DNA of 64,000 nt from Candidatus Harrisonbacteria bacterium (GTDB taxonomy: Bacteria; Patescibacteriota; Minisyncoccia; UBA6257; 02-FULL-45-10c), in the NCBI GenBank assembly GCA_016192685.1, contig JACPTS010000001.1, positions 394,628-458,627 of the forward strand. The letters are read 5' to 3'. The position numbers were made by a program, and so were the translations under genes. The notes beneath the pieces are model-generated. The model saw only the letters and a list, made by a program, of their open reading frames with translations. It did no database searches and was not told the DNA's origin. The stretch's first letter is position 1, and the number at the start of each line of letters is the position of its first letter. This document shows positions 1 to 11,310 of this stretch, piece after piece.

Positions 1-240
1 GGGAAGTCGATCCTAGTACGAGAGGACCGGATTGAATAGGCCTCTGGTCTACCAGCTTTGTTACCAAATGAAGCGCTGGGTAGCTATTGCCTAGACGGGA
101 TAAGTGCTGAAAGCATCTAAGCACGAAGCCTCGCCCAAGATTAAGTGTTAGGACCGTAGTAGACTACTACGTTGATAGGCTCTAGGTGTAAGGCCAGTAA
201 TGGTTTTAGCCGAGGAGTACTAATAATCCGATTTTTTCTT
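1..240 (+). rRNA. rrl: 23S rRNA, 3' terminal portion (partial; window starts inside the gene)
   Basis: AGTACGAGAGGACCGG (sarcin-ricin loop) and GATAAGTGCTGAAAGCATCTAAGCACGAAGC are universal 23S 3'-domain motifs, followed by the 3' terminal helix. Confidence 0.85.
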
Positions 241-317
241 ACATAAGGCTTTGCGCAAGTGAAGTTTTATGTAAGAAATTTCTGACCTCTTAAGCCAGTA
301 CTCTAATTAGTTTTTCT

Positions 318-453
318 CCAGTGACTTTCCGGTGATTTAGCTTAGCGTGCCCTACCTCTTCCCATTCCGAACAGAGAAGTAAAAGCGCTAAGCGCTGATG
401 ATAGTTACGACTTCGAGTTGTAGCGAAAGTAGGCTTCGCCGGAATATCACTGG
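318..453 (+). rRNA. rrf: 5S rRNA
   Basis: Terminal helix CCAGTGA...TCACTGG encloses the 5S-like core CCCATTCCGAACAGAGAAGT. It lies about 80 nt downstream of the 23S end after a processing hairpin. It is slightly longer than a typical 5S. Confidence 0.65.
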
Positions 454-520
454 AGAAAAAATAAAAAATTCCCTTATCGGGGGTTTTTTAATTTAAAAAA
501 ATAATTGTATAATTTCAATA

Positions 521-1288
521 ATGAGATTGCTCAAACAATTTTTATACGGCACTTTTTATCTTTTGATTTTGGCCGGAGTTTTGTGGGGGATTTACGCGAT
601 TACTTTGCGGCCGGCGCCGAGCTGTTTTGATAATCGTCAAAATGGCAAGGAGACCGGCGTGGATTGCGGCGGAGACTGCGTTTCCTGCGAGATTAAAAAT
701 CTTCAGCCGCTTTCTTTGTCGCCGGCGGCATTATTCAGCGCGGACAGAAATTTTTCCGCGAGCGCAGCATTACGCAATCCAAATTCTACTTACGGCGCGA
801 AGTTTGATTATGAAGTTAATTTTTTGGATGCTGGGGGAAAAGTTTTAAAAAATATTACAAATAAAGGATTTATTTATGCCGGAGAAGCTAAAAGTATTAT
901 TGAAGCCGGGGGGCGGATTACTACCGGCATTCCAGCGCGGGCGGAAATTAAATTAAATGAAGAAAGTGTTGCTTGGGAAAAGCCGCAGGATTTTTTCCAG
1001 CCGCCGCACAAAATTGGAGAATTATCCGCTGTTTTAGAAAATGAACAAGCGGTAATCAGCGGCAATGTGGCTAATTTAAATAATTATCCGCTATCTCGCG
1101 TGATAGCAAGCGGATTTTTAGTTGATAAGCTTGGTGTGAAAATTGGCGCGTCCAAAACTGAACTCCAAAATGTAGGGCCATTCCGGGTGGAGAGTTTTAA
1201 GATTTTTATTCCGGTGAGGAAAGATTTAATAAGCGCGGTGGATTTGGAAGCCACCGCGCAAAGTGTGTTTGTAGAGATACTTAAATAG
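521..1288 (+). CDS. hypothetical membrane-anchored protein (N-terminal TM helix, CGGDCVSC cysteine cluster)
   Basis: 255-aa ORF with an extended -10 TGTATAAT upstream and a hydrophobic N-terminus. No recognisable family. Confidence 0.5.
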   Translation: MRLLKQFLYGTFYLLILAGVLWGIYAITLRPAPSCFDNRQNGKETGVDCGGDCVSCEIKNLQPLSLSPAALFSADRNFSASAALRNPNSTYGAKFDYEVNFLDAGGKVLKNITNKGFIYAGEAKSIIEAGGRITTGIPARAEIKLNEESVAWEKPQDFFQPPHKIGELSAVLENEQAVISGNVANLNNYPLSRVIASGFLVDKLGVKIGASKTELQNVGPFRVESFKIFIPVRKDLISAVDLEATAQSVFVEILK

Positions 1289-1291
1289 AGT

Positions 1292-2362
1292 ATGTATTTA
1301 AAGCGTCTTGATTGGATTTTAAATTTTGGGATTATTTTTTTATTGGCGGCCGGATTGGTTTCGCTTTTTAGCACCGCGCCACGTTTGGCTTGGCTTCAAT
1401 TGTTGTGGGCGGTTTTGGGACTAGCAATTATTTTGGCGCTGGCGAATTTTGATTGGCGGCCGTTTGTAAATTATAGATGGTTTACTTTTGGATGTTATTG
1501 GTTATCAGTTATTTTGTTAATTGTTACATATGTGGTTGCTCCTCCGGTTCGCGGCGTGCGGGCTTGGCTGCCGCTCGGGCCGCTGCAGGTACAGACTTCC
1601 GAGCTTGCCAAAGTCGCTTTAATACTTTTATATTCATCTTTTTTTGCCAAGGGCCACATTAGCATTGCCCGTTTGAAAACTATCGGAGTATCATTTTTAT
1701 ATTTTTTAATTCCTGCTATTTTAGTTTTAATCCAGCCGGATTTGGGGACGGCGCTTATTCTTTTCAGTCTTTGGTTCGGCTATCTCTTGGTCAGCGGATT
1801 AAAATGGAAACATATTTTGTGGTCAAGTGCCGTTTTTATTGTAGTTATGATTCTAATGTGGTCATATGCCTTGAAGGATTATCAAAAAGAAAGAATTTTA
1901 GGCCTTTTTAATCCTTCGCGGGATCCGCTCGGCACTAATTACAGCGTGATTCAGTCTAAAATCGCTATTGGCTCTGCTGGATTCTTGGGCAAGGGTTTTC
2001 GGCAGGGAACGCAGGTCCAGCTGGGATTTTTGCCAGAAGCTCAAACTGATTTTATTTTCGCGGCTCTGATAGAAGAATTTGGCGTGGCGGCTGGCTTAGC
2101 AGTGGTTGGAGCGTTTTTACTGCTGCTTTTTGAAATTATGCGGATTGGGATTGGGGCGGATAATAATTTTTCTAAATTTATCTGCCTTGGAACGGCTATT
2201 ATTTTTTTAACCCATTTTATTTTAAATATCGGGTCTAATTTGGGATTAGTTCCCGTGGTGGGCGTGCCGTTTCCATTTTTAAGTTATGGGGGGTCTAATT
2301 TATTAGTCAGCGCGTTTTTGATCGGGATGATTCAGGGCGTTGTGGTGCATAAGAGATTTTAG
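1292..2362 (+). CDS. SEDS-family peptidoglycan glycosyltransferase (FtsW/RodA)
   Basis: Multi-TM 356-aa protein with the SEDS signature region GKGFRQGTQVQLGFLPEAQTDFIFAAL and C-terminal PVVGVPFPFLSYGGS. Confidence 0.85.
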   Translation: MYLKRLDWILNFGIIFLLAAGLVSLFSTAPRLAWLQLLWAVLGLAIILALANFDWRPFVNYRWFTFGCYWLSVILLIVTYVVAPPVRGVRAWLPLGPLQVQTSELAKVALILLYSSFFAKGHISIARLKTIGVSFLYFLIPAILVLIQPDLGTALILFSLWFGYLLVSGLKWKHILWSSAVFIVVMILMWSYALKDYQKERILGLFNPSRDPLGTNYSVIQSKIAIGSAGFLGKGFRQGTQVQLGFLPEAQTDFIFAALIEEFGVAAGLAVVGAFLLLLFEIMRIGIGADNNFSKFICLGTAIIFLTHFILNIGSNLGLVPVVGVPFPFLSYGGSNLLVSAFLIGMIQGVVVHKRF

Positions 2363-2460
2363 AATAATGAATAATGAATCATGAATAAGGTATCAGGTAT
2401 TAGGGGAAAAGAAAAAAGTCCATAATTCATAATTCCTGATTCATAATTCATATCCTAATT
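2363..2460. repeat. intergenic block of short tandem/inverted AT-rich repeats (AATGAAT and ATAATTC units)
   Basis: aataatgaataatgaatcatgaataagg ... cataattcataattcctgattcataattcat. The two halves are imperfect inverted copies. The ATAATTC/TAATTCC units recur inside tatD. Confidence 0.6.
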
Positions 2461-2461
2461 T

Positions 2462-3430
2462 ATGCAAAGACTTCTATTTATATTTTGGACCAGTATCAGC
2501 TTAGTCATCGCCTTATTTTTATTTTTTCTTGGTTCGGCCGCGGCTAATTCGGATTATCGTTCGGTGGAAATTTTGCCCGGTACCGGTTTTAAAGAAATTG
2601 CCGGGCTGTTAGAAAACCAAAAAATCATCCGTTCCAGAAACACCTTTTTGATTTATGGAATTTTATCCGGTTCGGCGCATCAGTTAAAGCCGGGAAATTA
2701 TTTATTAAGCGCCGGTTCCAGCACGCCAGCCATTGTTTTGTCATTAACCCGCGGGCCGGAAATTGATAGAGAAATCACTTTTCCGGAGGGGGTAACTTTA
2801 AAAGATATTGACACGATGCTTGCCAGAGAAAAAATTTTGCCGGCCGGAGCGCTGATTAATCTCAATAAATCCAGAGATAAAGGATTAGAAGGATTTTTAT
2901 TTCCTGATACTTATAGGTTTTTTATAAATAGCAATACGGAGCAAGCAGTAAGGAAATTTTTGGATAATTTTGAAAAAAAAGCCGTCCCGCTGTTGGGGAA
3001 GTGTCTAGTATCAAGCGGCAAGTGTCAAGAATTATTAACCATTGCTTCTTTATTGGAAAAGGAGGCGCCGGAGTTTAGAGACAGGCAGATAATCGCTGGC
3101 ATTATTTATAAAAGATTGGAAGCCGGCATTGCTTTGCATATTGATGCCACTATTACTTACGCTAAATGTGGCGGCGCGTTTTTAACTTGCGATGACCCGA
3201 AAGTTTATCGTAAAGATTTAGATTTTCAATCAAGGTACAATACTTATCTATATAACGGCTTGCCGCCCGGACCAATCGGCAACCCGGGCTTAGAAGCGAT
3301 TAAAGCCGCGCTAAATCCCATTAAGTCGGAATATCTTTATTATCTTTCCGACCCGAAAACCAAAAAAACCATTTTCAGCCAAACTTTAGAAGAACATATT
3401 GAGAATCGGGCGAAATATTTAGGGGTTTAA
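2462..3430 (+). CDS. mltG: endolytic murein transglycosylase MltG (YceG family)
   Basis: N-terminal TM, YceG-like domain and a C-terminal GLPPGPIGNPG signature. Confidence 0.8.
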   Translation: MQRLLFIFWTSISLVIALFLFFLGSAAANSDYRSVEILPGTGFKEIAGLLENQKIIRSRNTFLIYGILSGSAHQLKPGNYLLSAGSSTPAIVLSLTRGPEIDREITFPEGVTLKDIDTMLAREKILPAGALINLNKSRDKGLEGFLFPDTYRFFINSNTEQAVRKFLDNFEKKAVPLLGKCLVSSGKCQELLTIASLLEKEAPEFRDRQIIAGIIYKRLEAGIALHIDATITYAKCGGAFLTCDDPKVYRKDLDFQSRYNTYLYNGLPPGPIGNPGLEAIKAALNPIKSEYLYYLSDPKTKKTIFSQTLEEHIENRAKYLGV

Positions 3431-3488
3431 TAAAAAGCCATGTGAGTAAGTTGTGGATAATTCAATATTTTAAAGCTATCCGCAATGC

Positions 3489-3517
3489 TTGACAGAAAAT
3501 TAGTAGTGCGCTATAAT
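3489..3517 (+). promoter_or_regulatory. near-consensus sigma-70 promoter upstream of rpoB
   Basis: TTGACA, 17-nt spacer, TATAAT. Confidence 0.6.
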
Positions 3518-3663
3518 ATTACTTACGTGTTTTGTATACAGAAATTAGCCGTTTTTTAGAGGGGTGGTTTTTATTTATTCTGGATAATTAATTTTATTTT
3601 TTACGGAGGTCTTAGTCTCTAGGAAAATTTATTTGCTAAAAAATAATTTTTCCAATTTTTAAA

Positions 3664-6600
3664 ATGCCAAAACTTCCAGCCAAAGTTTTTTCTAGCCATC
3701 CGGGCGCTTTAATGGCCCAGCCAAATTTGGTAGAAATTCAAACCAATTCCTATAACTGGTTTTTAAATAACGGTTTGAAAGAGCTTTTTGAAGAAGTGTC
3801 GCCAATCAAAGATTATACCGGAAAAGACTTAGAGCTGCATTTTAAGGATTTTTATTTTGATGAGCCGAAATATGACGAAGAATATTCCCGCTATAAAGAT
3901 CTGACTTATGAATCGGCTCTTCGGGTGAAGTTTCAACTGATAAATCGAAGGACGAAAGACAAAAAAGAGCAGGAAGTTTATCTTGGCGATTTTCCGGTGA
4001 TGACTTCCCGCGGCACTTTCATTATTAATGGGGTGGAGCGGGTAGTAGTTTCCCAGCTAATCCGCTCTTCCGGGGTTTACTTTACCGCCAATGTTTGGAA
4101 GGGGCGGAAGCTTTTTGGAGCTAAAATAATTCCGAATCGCGGAGTTTGGATTGAATTTGAAACCGATGCCGACGGTTTAATTGGCGTTAAAATTGACCGT
4201 AAGCGCAAAGCTCCCGCTACTGCCATGCTTAGAATTTTCGGATTGGAGGATAACGCGGAAATCGCGGACACTTTTAGCGATGTTGATACCGGAGAAATAA
4301 AATATCTTCAGACTACGCTTAAAAAAGATTCCGCCAAATCAGCCGACGATTCGTATATTGAAATTTATAAAAGAATCCGGCCGGGAGATTTGGCCACGCC
4401 GGAAAATGCCAAAAGTTTGATTGACGCCATGCTTACCCGGTTTGACCGCTATGATTTATCGCAAGTCGGAAGATTTAAAGTCAATCAGCGGCTCGGCCTG
4501 AACAGCCAAAATCGGATGCTGGAGCTTCAGGATATCATTGCTATTTTAAAAGAAGTGATTCGTTTGAATAATAATCAGTCGGTTGAGCCGGATGATATAG
4601 ACCATTTGGGTAATCGCCGGGTGCGGCCGGTGGGAGAACTTCTGCAAAATAAACTCCGGGTGGGGCTGGCCAGAATGCGGCGCATTGTTCAGGATAGAAT
4701 GTCCACTTTAGACATTAATACCCTGTCGTCAGTGCAGCTGGTTAATTCCCGGCCGATTGTTTCGGTGGTAAAAGAATTTTTCTCTTCTTCCCAACTTTCT
4801 CAATTTATGGATCAGGTGAATCCGCTGGCGGAATTGGAGCATAAACGGAGAATTTCGGCTATGGGCCCCGGCGGTTTAACCCGTGAACGGGCTGGTTTTG
4901 AGGTGCGTGATGTGCATAGTTCCCACTATGGCCGGATTTGCCCGATTGAAACTCCGGAAGGATCCAATATCGGCTTGGTGAATCATTTAGCCGGCTATGC
5001 CCGGGTGAATGAGCTCGGATTTTTGGAGACGCCCTACGTTGCCGTTGAAAAAGGAAAGATAACTTCTAAAATTGTCTGGCTGAATGCTTTAGAAGAAGAA
5101 AAATATAAAATTGCCCACGCGGGTGTGCCATTTAATCCGGAAACCAAAGAAATTATTCCTGAAGTGGTGGGCGCCAGAATTAACGGCGAGCCGGGCACCT
5201 GCTTGAAAAGCGAGGTGGATTTTATTGATGTGGCGCCAAATCAATTAATCAGCATTGCCACCGCCTTAATTCCTTTTTTGGAGCATGATGATGCCAACCG
5301 GGCTTTGATGGGTTCTAACATGCAGCGGCAGGCAGTGGTTTCAATAATGGCGGAAGCTCCCTATGTCGGTACGGGCATGGAAGAAAAGGCGGCGCGCGAC
5401 TCCGGGCATCTGCTTTTAGCCGAGGCGGCGGGAGAAATAACCGCGGTGGATGCTAATCGTATAATTCTTAAAACCAAATCAGGAGCGAAAAAATATGTTT
5501 TAAATAAATTCAAACGGTCTAACCAGTACACCTGTATTTCTCAGCGGCCGCTGATCAGTCGCGGCCAAAAGGTTAAAAAAGGAGAAGCGCTGGCTGACGG
5601 TCCCTCCATGGAAAACGGCGTTCTGGCCCTTGGCCAGAATTTAGTGGTGGCTTTTGTTCCTTGGGAAGGGGCTAACTTTGAAGACGCTATTGTGCTTTCC
5701 GAACGGGCAGTTCAGCGCGATAAATTCACCTCAATCCATATTGAAGATTTTTATATTGATGTCCGGGATACCAAGCTTGGTCCGGAACTTACCACTCCGG
5801 ATATTCCTAATGTTTCTGAGGAAAAGTTGAAGAATTTGGATGAGGAAGGAATTATCCGGATTGGCGCCGAAGTGCGCTCCGGCGATATTTTAGTCGGTAA
5901 AATTTCTCCCAAAGGCGAAAGCGAGCTGACCGCGGAAGAAAGATTGCTTCGGGCAATTTTCGGCGAGAAAGCCCGAGACGTAAAAGATACTTCTTTATCC
6001 ATGCCGCACGGAAAATTCGGCCATGTGGTCGGCATTAAGATTTTTGACCGGGAGCGCGGCGATAAGCTGGAGCCGGGAATTATCAAGCGGGTGCAGGTGG
6101 AAGTTGCCCAGCTTCGGAAGGTGATGGCGGGCGATAAATTAGCCGGCCGCCATGGCAATAAGGGCGTTATTTCCCAGGTGCGTCCGATAGAAGATATGCC
6201 TTATCTGGAAGACGGGACGCCGGTGGATATTGTTTTAAATCCGCTTGGCGTTGCTTCTCGTATGAATTTAGGCCAGGTTTTAGAAACTCATTTGGGATGG
6301 GCAGCGGCGAAACTCGGCTATCGCGCTTATACGCCGGCGCTTTCCGGCGCCAGCTGGCAGCAAATTCAGGAGGAGCTGGAAAAAGCCGGTTTGCCGAAAT
6401 CCGGAAAAGTGAAATTGCATGACGGACGGACCGGCAAGCCATTCCATCAAGAAGTGACGGTCGGCGTTATTTATATGATGAAGCTTAATCATTTAGTGGA
6501 AGATAAAATTCATATGCGTTCCATCGGCCCGTATTCTTTAATTACGCAGCAGCCGCTGGGCGGCAAAGCGCAGTTTGGCGGCCAGCGTTTCGGCGAAATG

Positions 6601-6846
6601 GAGGTTTGGGCGTTGGAAGGTTATGGCGCGGCGCATACGCTTCAGGAAATGCTTACGATTAAATCGGACGATGTTCTGGGGCGTTCGGCTGCTTATGAAT
6701 CAATTATTCGCGGCGAGCCCATTCGGAGTCCGAATATTCCGGCATCATTTAATGTTTTAGTCAGTGAGTTAAAAGCGCTTGGCTTAAATGTGGAATTGCT
6801 TGGCGCCGATGGCCAAGTCGGGGAAAGAAAGCCAAGAAGAAAATAA
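3664..6846 (+). CDS. rpoB: DNA-directed RNA polymerase beta subunit
   Basis: 1060 aa with conserved beta-subunit blocks (GDKLAGRHGNKGVIS, NMQRQAVVS etc.). Confidence 0.97.
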   Translation: MPKLPAKVFSSHPGALMAQPNLVEIQTNSYNWFLNNGLKELFEEVSPIKDYTGKDLELHFKDFYFDEPKYDEEYSRYKDLTYESALRVKFQLINRRTKDKKEQEVYLGDFPVMTSRGTFIINGVERVVVSQLIRSSGVYFTANVWKGRKLFGAKIIPNRGVWIEFETDADGLIGVKIDRKRKAPATAMLRIFGLEDNAEIADTFSDVDTGEIKYLQTTLKKDSAKSADDSYIEIYKRIRPGDLATPENAKSLIDAMLTRFDRYDLSQVGRFKVNQRLGLNSQNRMLELQDIIAILKEVIRLNNNQSVEPDDIDHLGNRRVRPVGELLQNKLRVGLARMRRIVQDRMSTLDINTLSSVQLVNSRPIVSVVKEFFSSSQLSQFMDQVNPLAELEHKRRISAMGPGGLTRERAGFEVRDVHSSHYGRICPIETPEGSNIGLVNHLAGYARVNELGFLETPYVAVEKGKITSKIVWLNALEEEKYKIAHAGVPFNPETKEIIPEVVGARINGEPGTCLKSEVDFIDVAPNQLISIATALIPFLEHDDANRALMGSNMQRQAVVSIMAEAPYVGTGMEEKAARDSGHLLLAEAAGEITAVDANRIILKTKSGAKKYVLNKFKRSNQYTCISQRPLISRGQKVKKGEALADGPSMENGVLALGQNLVVAFVPWEGANFEDAIVLSERAVQRDKFTSIHIEDFYIDVRDTKLGPELTTPDIPNVSEEKLKNLDEEGIIRIGAEVRSGDILVGKISPKGESELTAEERLLRAIFGEKARDVKDTSLSMPHGKFGHVVGIKIFDRERGDKLEPGIIKRVQVEVAQLRKVMAGDKLAGRHGNKGVISQVRPIEDMPYLEDGTPVDIVLNPLGVASRMNLGQVLETHLGWAAAKLGYRAYTPALSGASWQQIQEELEKAGLPKSGKVKLHDGRTGKPFHQEVTVGVIYMMKLNHLVEDKIHMRSIGPYSLITQQPLGGKAQFGGQRFGEMEVWALEGYGAAHTLQEMLTIKSDDVLGRSAAYESIIRGEPIRSPNIPASFNVLVSELKALGLNVELLGADGQVGERKPRRK

Positions 6847-6848
6847 AA

Positions 6849-9800
6849 ATGGATAATTTAAAAGCCTTAAAACTAAAAATTGCTTCTCCGGACGACATTT
6901 TAACTTGGTCGCATGGGGAAATTATTAAGCCGGAAACAATTAATTACCGCACTCAACGGCCGGAAAAAGACGGCCTTTTCTCGGAGAGAATTTTCGGCCC
7001 GACCAAGGACTGGGAATGTTATTGCGGAAAATACCGGCGTATCCGTTATAAGGGTATTGTTTGTGACCGCTGCGGAGTGGAGGTTACCCGTTCTATCGTG
7101 CGGCGCGAGCGGATGGGGCATATAAAGCTCGCGACGCCGGTTTCTCATATCTGGTTTTTACGCAGCGCGCCTTCCAAATTAAGCTTGGTTTTGGATGTGC
7201 CGGTGCCTAAGCTGGAAAAAGTTGTTTATTATATTTCTTATATTATTACCGCCGTTAATGAGGATAATCGGGAACGGGTTCTTAAGGAATTGGAAAAAGA
7301 ATTTGATTCCCGGAAAAAGACTGCCCGTAAGGAAGGGGTGAAGACTGCCGATTTGCGTTCCGGCCTTTCGGAAAGCAAAAAGGAGGTGGAATATTTAAAA
7401 ACCGGAGCGATTTTAAGCCAGATGGAATTTCATCATTTAGCCAGAAAATACGGCGATGTTTTTGAAGCCGGCACCGGAGCCGAAGCCCTGCGGAAAATTT
7501 TGGAAGAAGTTAATTTAGAGAAATTAGTCAAACAAGTGGAAAAAGAACTGGAAACTAACAAAGACAATCTTCGGGAGCGCCGGCTTTTAAAGCGCCTTAA
7601 GCTGGCCAAATCCATGCTTAAAGAAAAAATGAGGCCCGAATGGATGATTTTGACTACTTTGCCGGTGTTGCCGCCGGATTTGCGCCCGATGGTGGCTTTG
7701 GATGGCGGCCGCTATGCCACTTCTGATTTAAACGATCTTTACCGCCGGGTTATCAATCGGAATAACCGGTTAAAGAAACTTTTGGAATTAAACGCTCCGG
7801 AAGTGATTATCACTAATGAAAAAAGGATGCTCCAAGAATCAGTGGATGCTTTATTTGATAACTCGGTTCGTTTTGGGACTCAGCAAATGTCCAGCCAGCG
7901 CCGCCCGCTTCAATCCTTATCAGACCAGCTAAAGGGAAAAACCGGCCGTTTCCGGCAAAATCTGCTTGGAAAACGGGTAGATTATTCCGGCCGCTCGGTA
8001 ATCGTTATTGGTCCGGATTTGAAAATCAATGAGTGCGGTTTGCCCAAAAAAATGGCTTTGGAACTTTTTAAGCCGTTTGTGATTAATAAAATTATTGAAC
8101 GGGGACTGGCCCATAATATCAGGAATTCCAACAGGCTGATTGAGCAGGCGCCGCCGGAAATTTGGGCAATTCTGGAAGAGGTGATTGCGGACCGCAAAGT
8201 GCTTTTAAACCGGGCGCCGACCCTGCATCGCCTTGGTGTTCAGGCTTTTAAGCCGGTTTTGATTGAAGATTTGGCGATTCGGATTCCGCCGATGGTCTGC
8301 ACGGCTTTTAACGCGGACTTTGACGGCGACCAAATGGCGGTGCATTTGCCGCTTTCGGCGGAAGCCCAGAAAGAAGCATCGGAAATTATGCTTTCCAGCC
8401 ACAATCTTTTAAAACCCGCCACCGGCGACCCGATTGTTTATCCAACCCAGGATATCATTCTCGGGATTTATTTCTTAACTAAAATTAATAAAAACGGCAA
8501 AGGGGCCGGTTTGAATTTTGCCAGTCCGGAAGAAGCCAATGTAGCTTATGAAAACGGCATAATTGACGTTAACTCGCCAATCCAGACGGTTTGGAATGGC
8601 GGAAAGCTGGAAACTTCTTATGGCCGGATTCTTTTCAACAGCGTTTTGCCGGAAGGGCTCGGCTTCATTAATAAAATGTTCCGCAAGAAAGATGTTACTG
8701 TGCTGGTTGGAGAAATTATTCATCGATATGGCAATGAGGATTCCGGCAAGTATTTGGACGCGATGAAAAAGCTGGGATTTGAGTATGCCACCCGTTCCGG
8801 AATCACTTGGTCAATGAGCGATTTAACGACACCAAGCGAAAAGCCGGCGATGCTCGTCAAAGCCGAACAGGAAGTGGCGGCTATCCGCCAGCAGTATGAA
8901 GAAGGATTGCTTACGGATTCGGAGCGGCGAGCCAGAGTTTTAAGCGTCTGGGAAAAAGTAAAAGAAGCCGTCAGTAAATTAGTTCCTCAATCTTTGTCGG
9001 AACATAACCCGATTTATTCCATCATTGATTCGGGGGCGCGGGGAACCTGGTCTCAGCCGGTGCAGATGATTGGCATGAAAGGTTTGGTGGCTAATCCTAA
9101 AAACGAAACTATTGAATTGCCGATTAAATCTTCGTATAAAGAAGGGCTTTCGGTGCTGGAATTTTTCATTAATACCCATAGCGCCAGAAAAGGAACCACC
9201 GATACCGCTTTAAAAACCGCTTCAGCCGGCTACTTAACCCGGCGCTTAGTTGATGTCTCGCAAGATTTAGTCATTAGAGAAGAAGACTGCAAAACTAAAG
9301 AAGGGATTGAGATTGCCAGGGCGGAACGGGAGCAGTTCGGATTAGATTTCGGCGACCAATTATTTTCCAGAACGGCATTGGAAGATATTAAGATTGACGG
9401 GAAGACCCTGATTAAATCCGGAGAGGTTATTGACAGAGAAACCGCCAATCTTTTTAAAGCTTCCAAGGTTGAGATGGTAAAAGTGCGTTCCCCGATTGTC
9501 TGCCGAACTCTATATGGCGTTTGCTCCAAGTGTTATGGTTTTGATCTCGGTAATAATCAGCTGATTAAGCCCGGATCGGCAGTGGGCATTGTGGCCGCCC
9601 AATCTATCGGAGAGCCGGGAACACAGCTGACCATGAGAACTTTTCATACCGGCGGCGTGGCCGGAACCGATATTACCCACGGTTTGCCGCGGGTAGAAGA
9701 GATTTTTGAATGCCGGCCGCCGAAAGGGCGCGCGTTTTTGGCGGAAGATGACGGAGTGATTGACGGCATTGAAGAAAAAGGACTTTTAAAAAATATTCGG

Positions 9801-10427
9801 CTTAAAAATCAAAAAGGGAAAAAGGAAAAAATTTACGAATATCTGGTGCCCCGCCTTTCCGTAATTTTTGTTAAAACCGGAGACACGGTCAAGAAAGGAG
9901 ACCAGCTTTCCGAAGGCGCCCTGGATCTGAAAGAATTATTCAATTTAAAAGGCAGCCGGGCAGTGGAGCAATACGTGGTTAATGAAGTGTTAAGGATTTA
10001 TGTTTCTGAAGGAGCGACTATTAATAATAAGCATATTGAAATTATCGTCCGCCAGATGTTTTCCCGGGTGAAAATCAAAGAATCAGGCGGCACGGAGTTT
10101 GTCGGCGGCGAAATTGTGGAAAAATCCCGCTTTTTAGAAGTTAACCGGGAAGTAAAAAAAGCCGGCAAGCAGCCGGCGAAAGCCCAGCAGCTTTTGCTGG
10201 GAATCACGAAAGTGGCTCTTTCTACCCAGAGTTTTCTTTCCGCCGCTTCTTTCCAGGAAACAGCCAGAGTGCTTATTTCGGCTGCCAGCGAAGGAAAGTC
10301 GGATTTGCTCCGCGGCCTGAAAGAAAATGTCATTATTGGCAAATTAATACCGGTTGGGACCGGCTATCCGGGTTTAGTAAAAGAAGCGTCAAACGAGGCG
10401 ATTGACGAAGAAGAGGCGGTAAGTTAA
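6849..10427 (+). CDS. rpoC: DNA-directed RNA polymerase beta' subunit
   Basis: 1192 aa with the zinc-binding CxxC...CxxC N-terminus and the NADFDGD catalytic motif. Confidence 0.97.
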   Translation: MDNLKALKLKIASPDDILTWSHGEIIKPETINYRTQRPEKDGLFSERIFGPTKDWECYCGKYRRIRYKGIVCDRCGVEVTRSIVRRERMGHIKLATPVSHIWFLRSAPSKLSLVLDVPVPKLEKVVYYISYIITAVNEDNRERVLKELEKEFDSRKKTARKEGVKTADLRSGLSESKKEVEYLKTGAILSQMEFHHLARKYGDVFEAGTGAEALRKILEEVNLEKLVKQVEKELETNKDNLRERRLLKRLKLAKSMLKEKMRPEWMILTTLPVLPPDLRPMVALDGGRYATSDLNDLYRRVINRNNRLKKLLELNAPEVIITNEKRMLQESVDALFDNSVRFGTQQMSSQRRPLQSLSDQLKGKTGRFRQNLLGKRVDYSGRSVIVIGPDLKINECGLPKKMALELFKPFVINKIIERGLAHNIRNSNRLIEQAPPEIWAILEEVIADRKVLLNRAPTLHRLGVQAFKPVLIEDLAIRIPPMVCTAFNADFDGDQMAVHLPLSAEAQKEASEIMLSSHNLLKPATGDPIVYPTQDIILGIYFLTKINKNGKGAGLNFASPEEANVAYENGIIDVNSPIQTVWNGGKLETSYGRILFNSVLPEGLGFINKMFRKKDVTVLVGEIIHRYGNEDSGKYLDAMKKLGFEYATRSGITWSMSDLTTPSEKPAMLVKAEQEVAAIRQQYEEGLLTDSERRARVLSVWEKVKEAVSKLVPQSLSEHNPIYSIIDSGARGTWSQPVQMIGMKGLVANPKNETIELPIKSSYKEGLSVLEFFINTHSARKGTTDTALKTASAGYLTRRLVDVSQDLVIREEDCKTKEGIEIARAEREQFGLDFGDQLFSRTALEDIKIDGKTLIKSGEVIDRETANLFKASKVEMVKVRSPIVCRTLYGVCSKCYGFDLGNNQLIKPGSAVGIVAAQSIGEPGTQLTMRTFHTGGVAGTDITHGLPRVEEIFECRPPKGRAFLAEDDGVIDGIEEKGLLKNIRLKNQKGKKEKIYEYLVPRLSVIFVKTGDTVKKGDQLSEGALDLKELFNLKGSRAVEQYVVNEVLRIYVSEGATINNKHIEIIVRQMFSRVKIKESGGTEFVGGEIVEKSRFLEVNREVKKAGKQPAKAQQLLLGITKVALSTQSFLSAASFQETARVLISAASEGKSDLLRGLKENVIIGKLIPVGTGYPGLVKEASNEAIDEEEAVS

Positions 10428-10438
10428 ACTATCCTAAA

Positions 10439-10864
10439 ATGGATAAAGATAAAGAAAAAAAAGAGTATGAGATTGCGATTCTCGCAAAAATGCCGGAGGT
10501 ATCTGCCGTAACAGATATTTTGAACCAATATCGGGCGGAAATATTTTATCAGAGCCCGGTTACTGAAGTTCGGCTAGCTTATCCGATTAAAAAACAACGG
10601 CAGGCTTATTTTGGCTTTTTTCAATTTCGGGCAGAACCGGAAGCCGTGGAAAAAATCCAGCAGGCCCTAAAGCTCAATTCGTCAATTTTAAGATTTTTGG
10701 CGGTTTCTTCGCCGATTAAAAAATCAGAAAAATTGCAACGCCCAGCCGCGGAAATAAAATATTCCCGGAGCAAACCGGAGCCAGCGGCGGCTGAAAGCGT
10801 GCCGCTCGGCGGAATTTTAACCAATGAAGCTTTGGAAGAAAAGTTAGAAGAAATACTTAAATAA
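10439..10864 (+). CDS. rpsF: 30S ribosomal protein S6 (with acidic C-terminal extension)
   Basis: N-terminal S6-like fold pattern (YEIAIL...RLAYP). Position in the conserved rpsF-ssb-rpsR arrangement. Confidence 0.6.
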   Translation: MDKDKEKKEYEIAILAKMPEVSAVTDILNQYRAEIFYQSPVTEVRLAYPIKKQRQAYFGFFQFRAEPEAVEKIQQALKLNSSILRFLAVSSPIKKSEKLQRPAAEIKYSRSKPEPAAAESVPLGGILTNEALEEKLEEILK

Positions 10865-10869
10865 ATGTT

Positions 10870-11295
10870 ATGAATCTCAATAAAGTATTTATTTTAGGAA
10901 GATTAACCGTTGATCCGCAGCTGCGATCTACCGCCAGCGGCCAGCAAGTAGCGAGTTTTGGCGTTGCTACTAATCGGGTTTGGAATGATAAAAGCGGCCA
11001 GCGCCAAGAGGCGGTTGAATTCCATAATGTGGTAGTTTGGGGCAGGCAAGCGGAAGTGGCCAGCCAATATTTAACCAAAGGCAGTTTAGTTTTAGTTGAG
11101 GGCAGGCTGCAAACCAGGGATTGGGAAGGAAAAGACGGCCAAAAACGAAGGACTACCGAAATTATCGGAGAAAGAATCCAATTGGGGCCGAAGCCGTTTG
11201 GCAAAAGCGTTAAAGAAAATCCGGCTCCGGATTCTTCAGTCCCCACTGTTAATTTAGATGAAGGAGAAATTAAATCGGAAGACCTCCCCTTTTAA
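10870..11295 (+). CDS. ssb: single-stranded DNA-binding protein
   Basis: OB-fold SSB sequence with the acidic C-terminal tail ending DLPF. Confidence 0.9.
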   Translation: MNLNKVFILGRLTVDPQLRSTASGQQVASFGVATNRVWNDKSGQRQEAVEFHNVVVWGRQAEVASQYLTKGSLVLVEGRLQTRDWEGKDGQKRRTTEIIGERIQLGPKPFGKSVKENPAPDSSVPTVNLDEGEIKSEDLPF

Positions 11296-11310
11296 ACGGC
11301 TCTTAAACCT

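Noticed and set aside
4077-10342. Numerous 60-135-aa ORFs on the minus strand inside rpoB and rpoC
   Set aside because: They are antisense to highly conserved, confidently called genes, with no independent start or RBS context. These are ordinary spurious ORFs in long genes.
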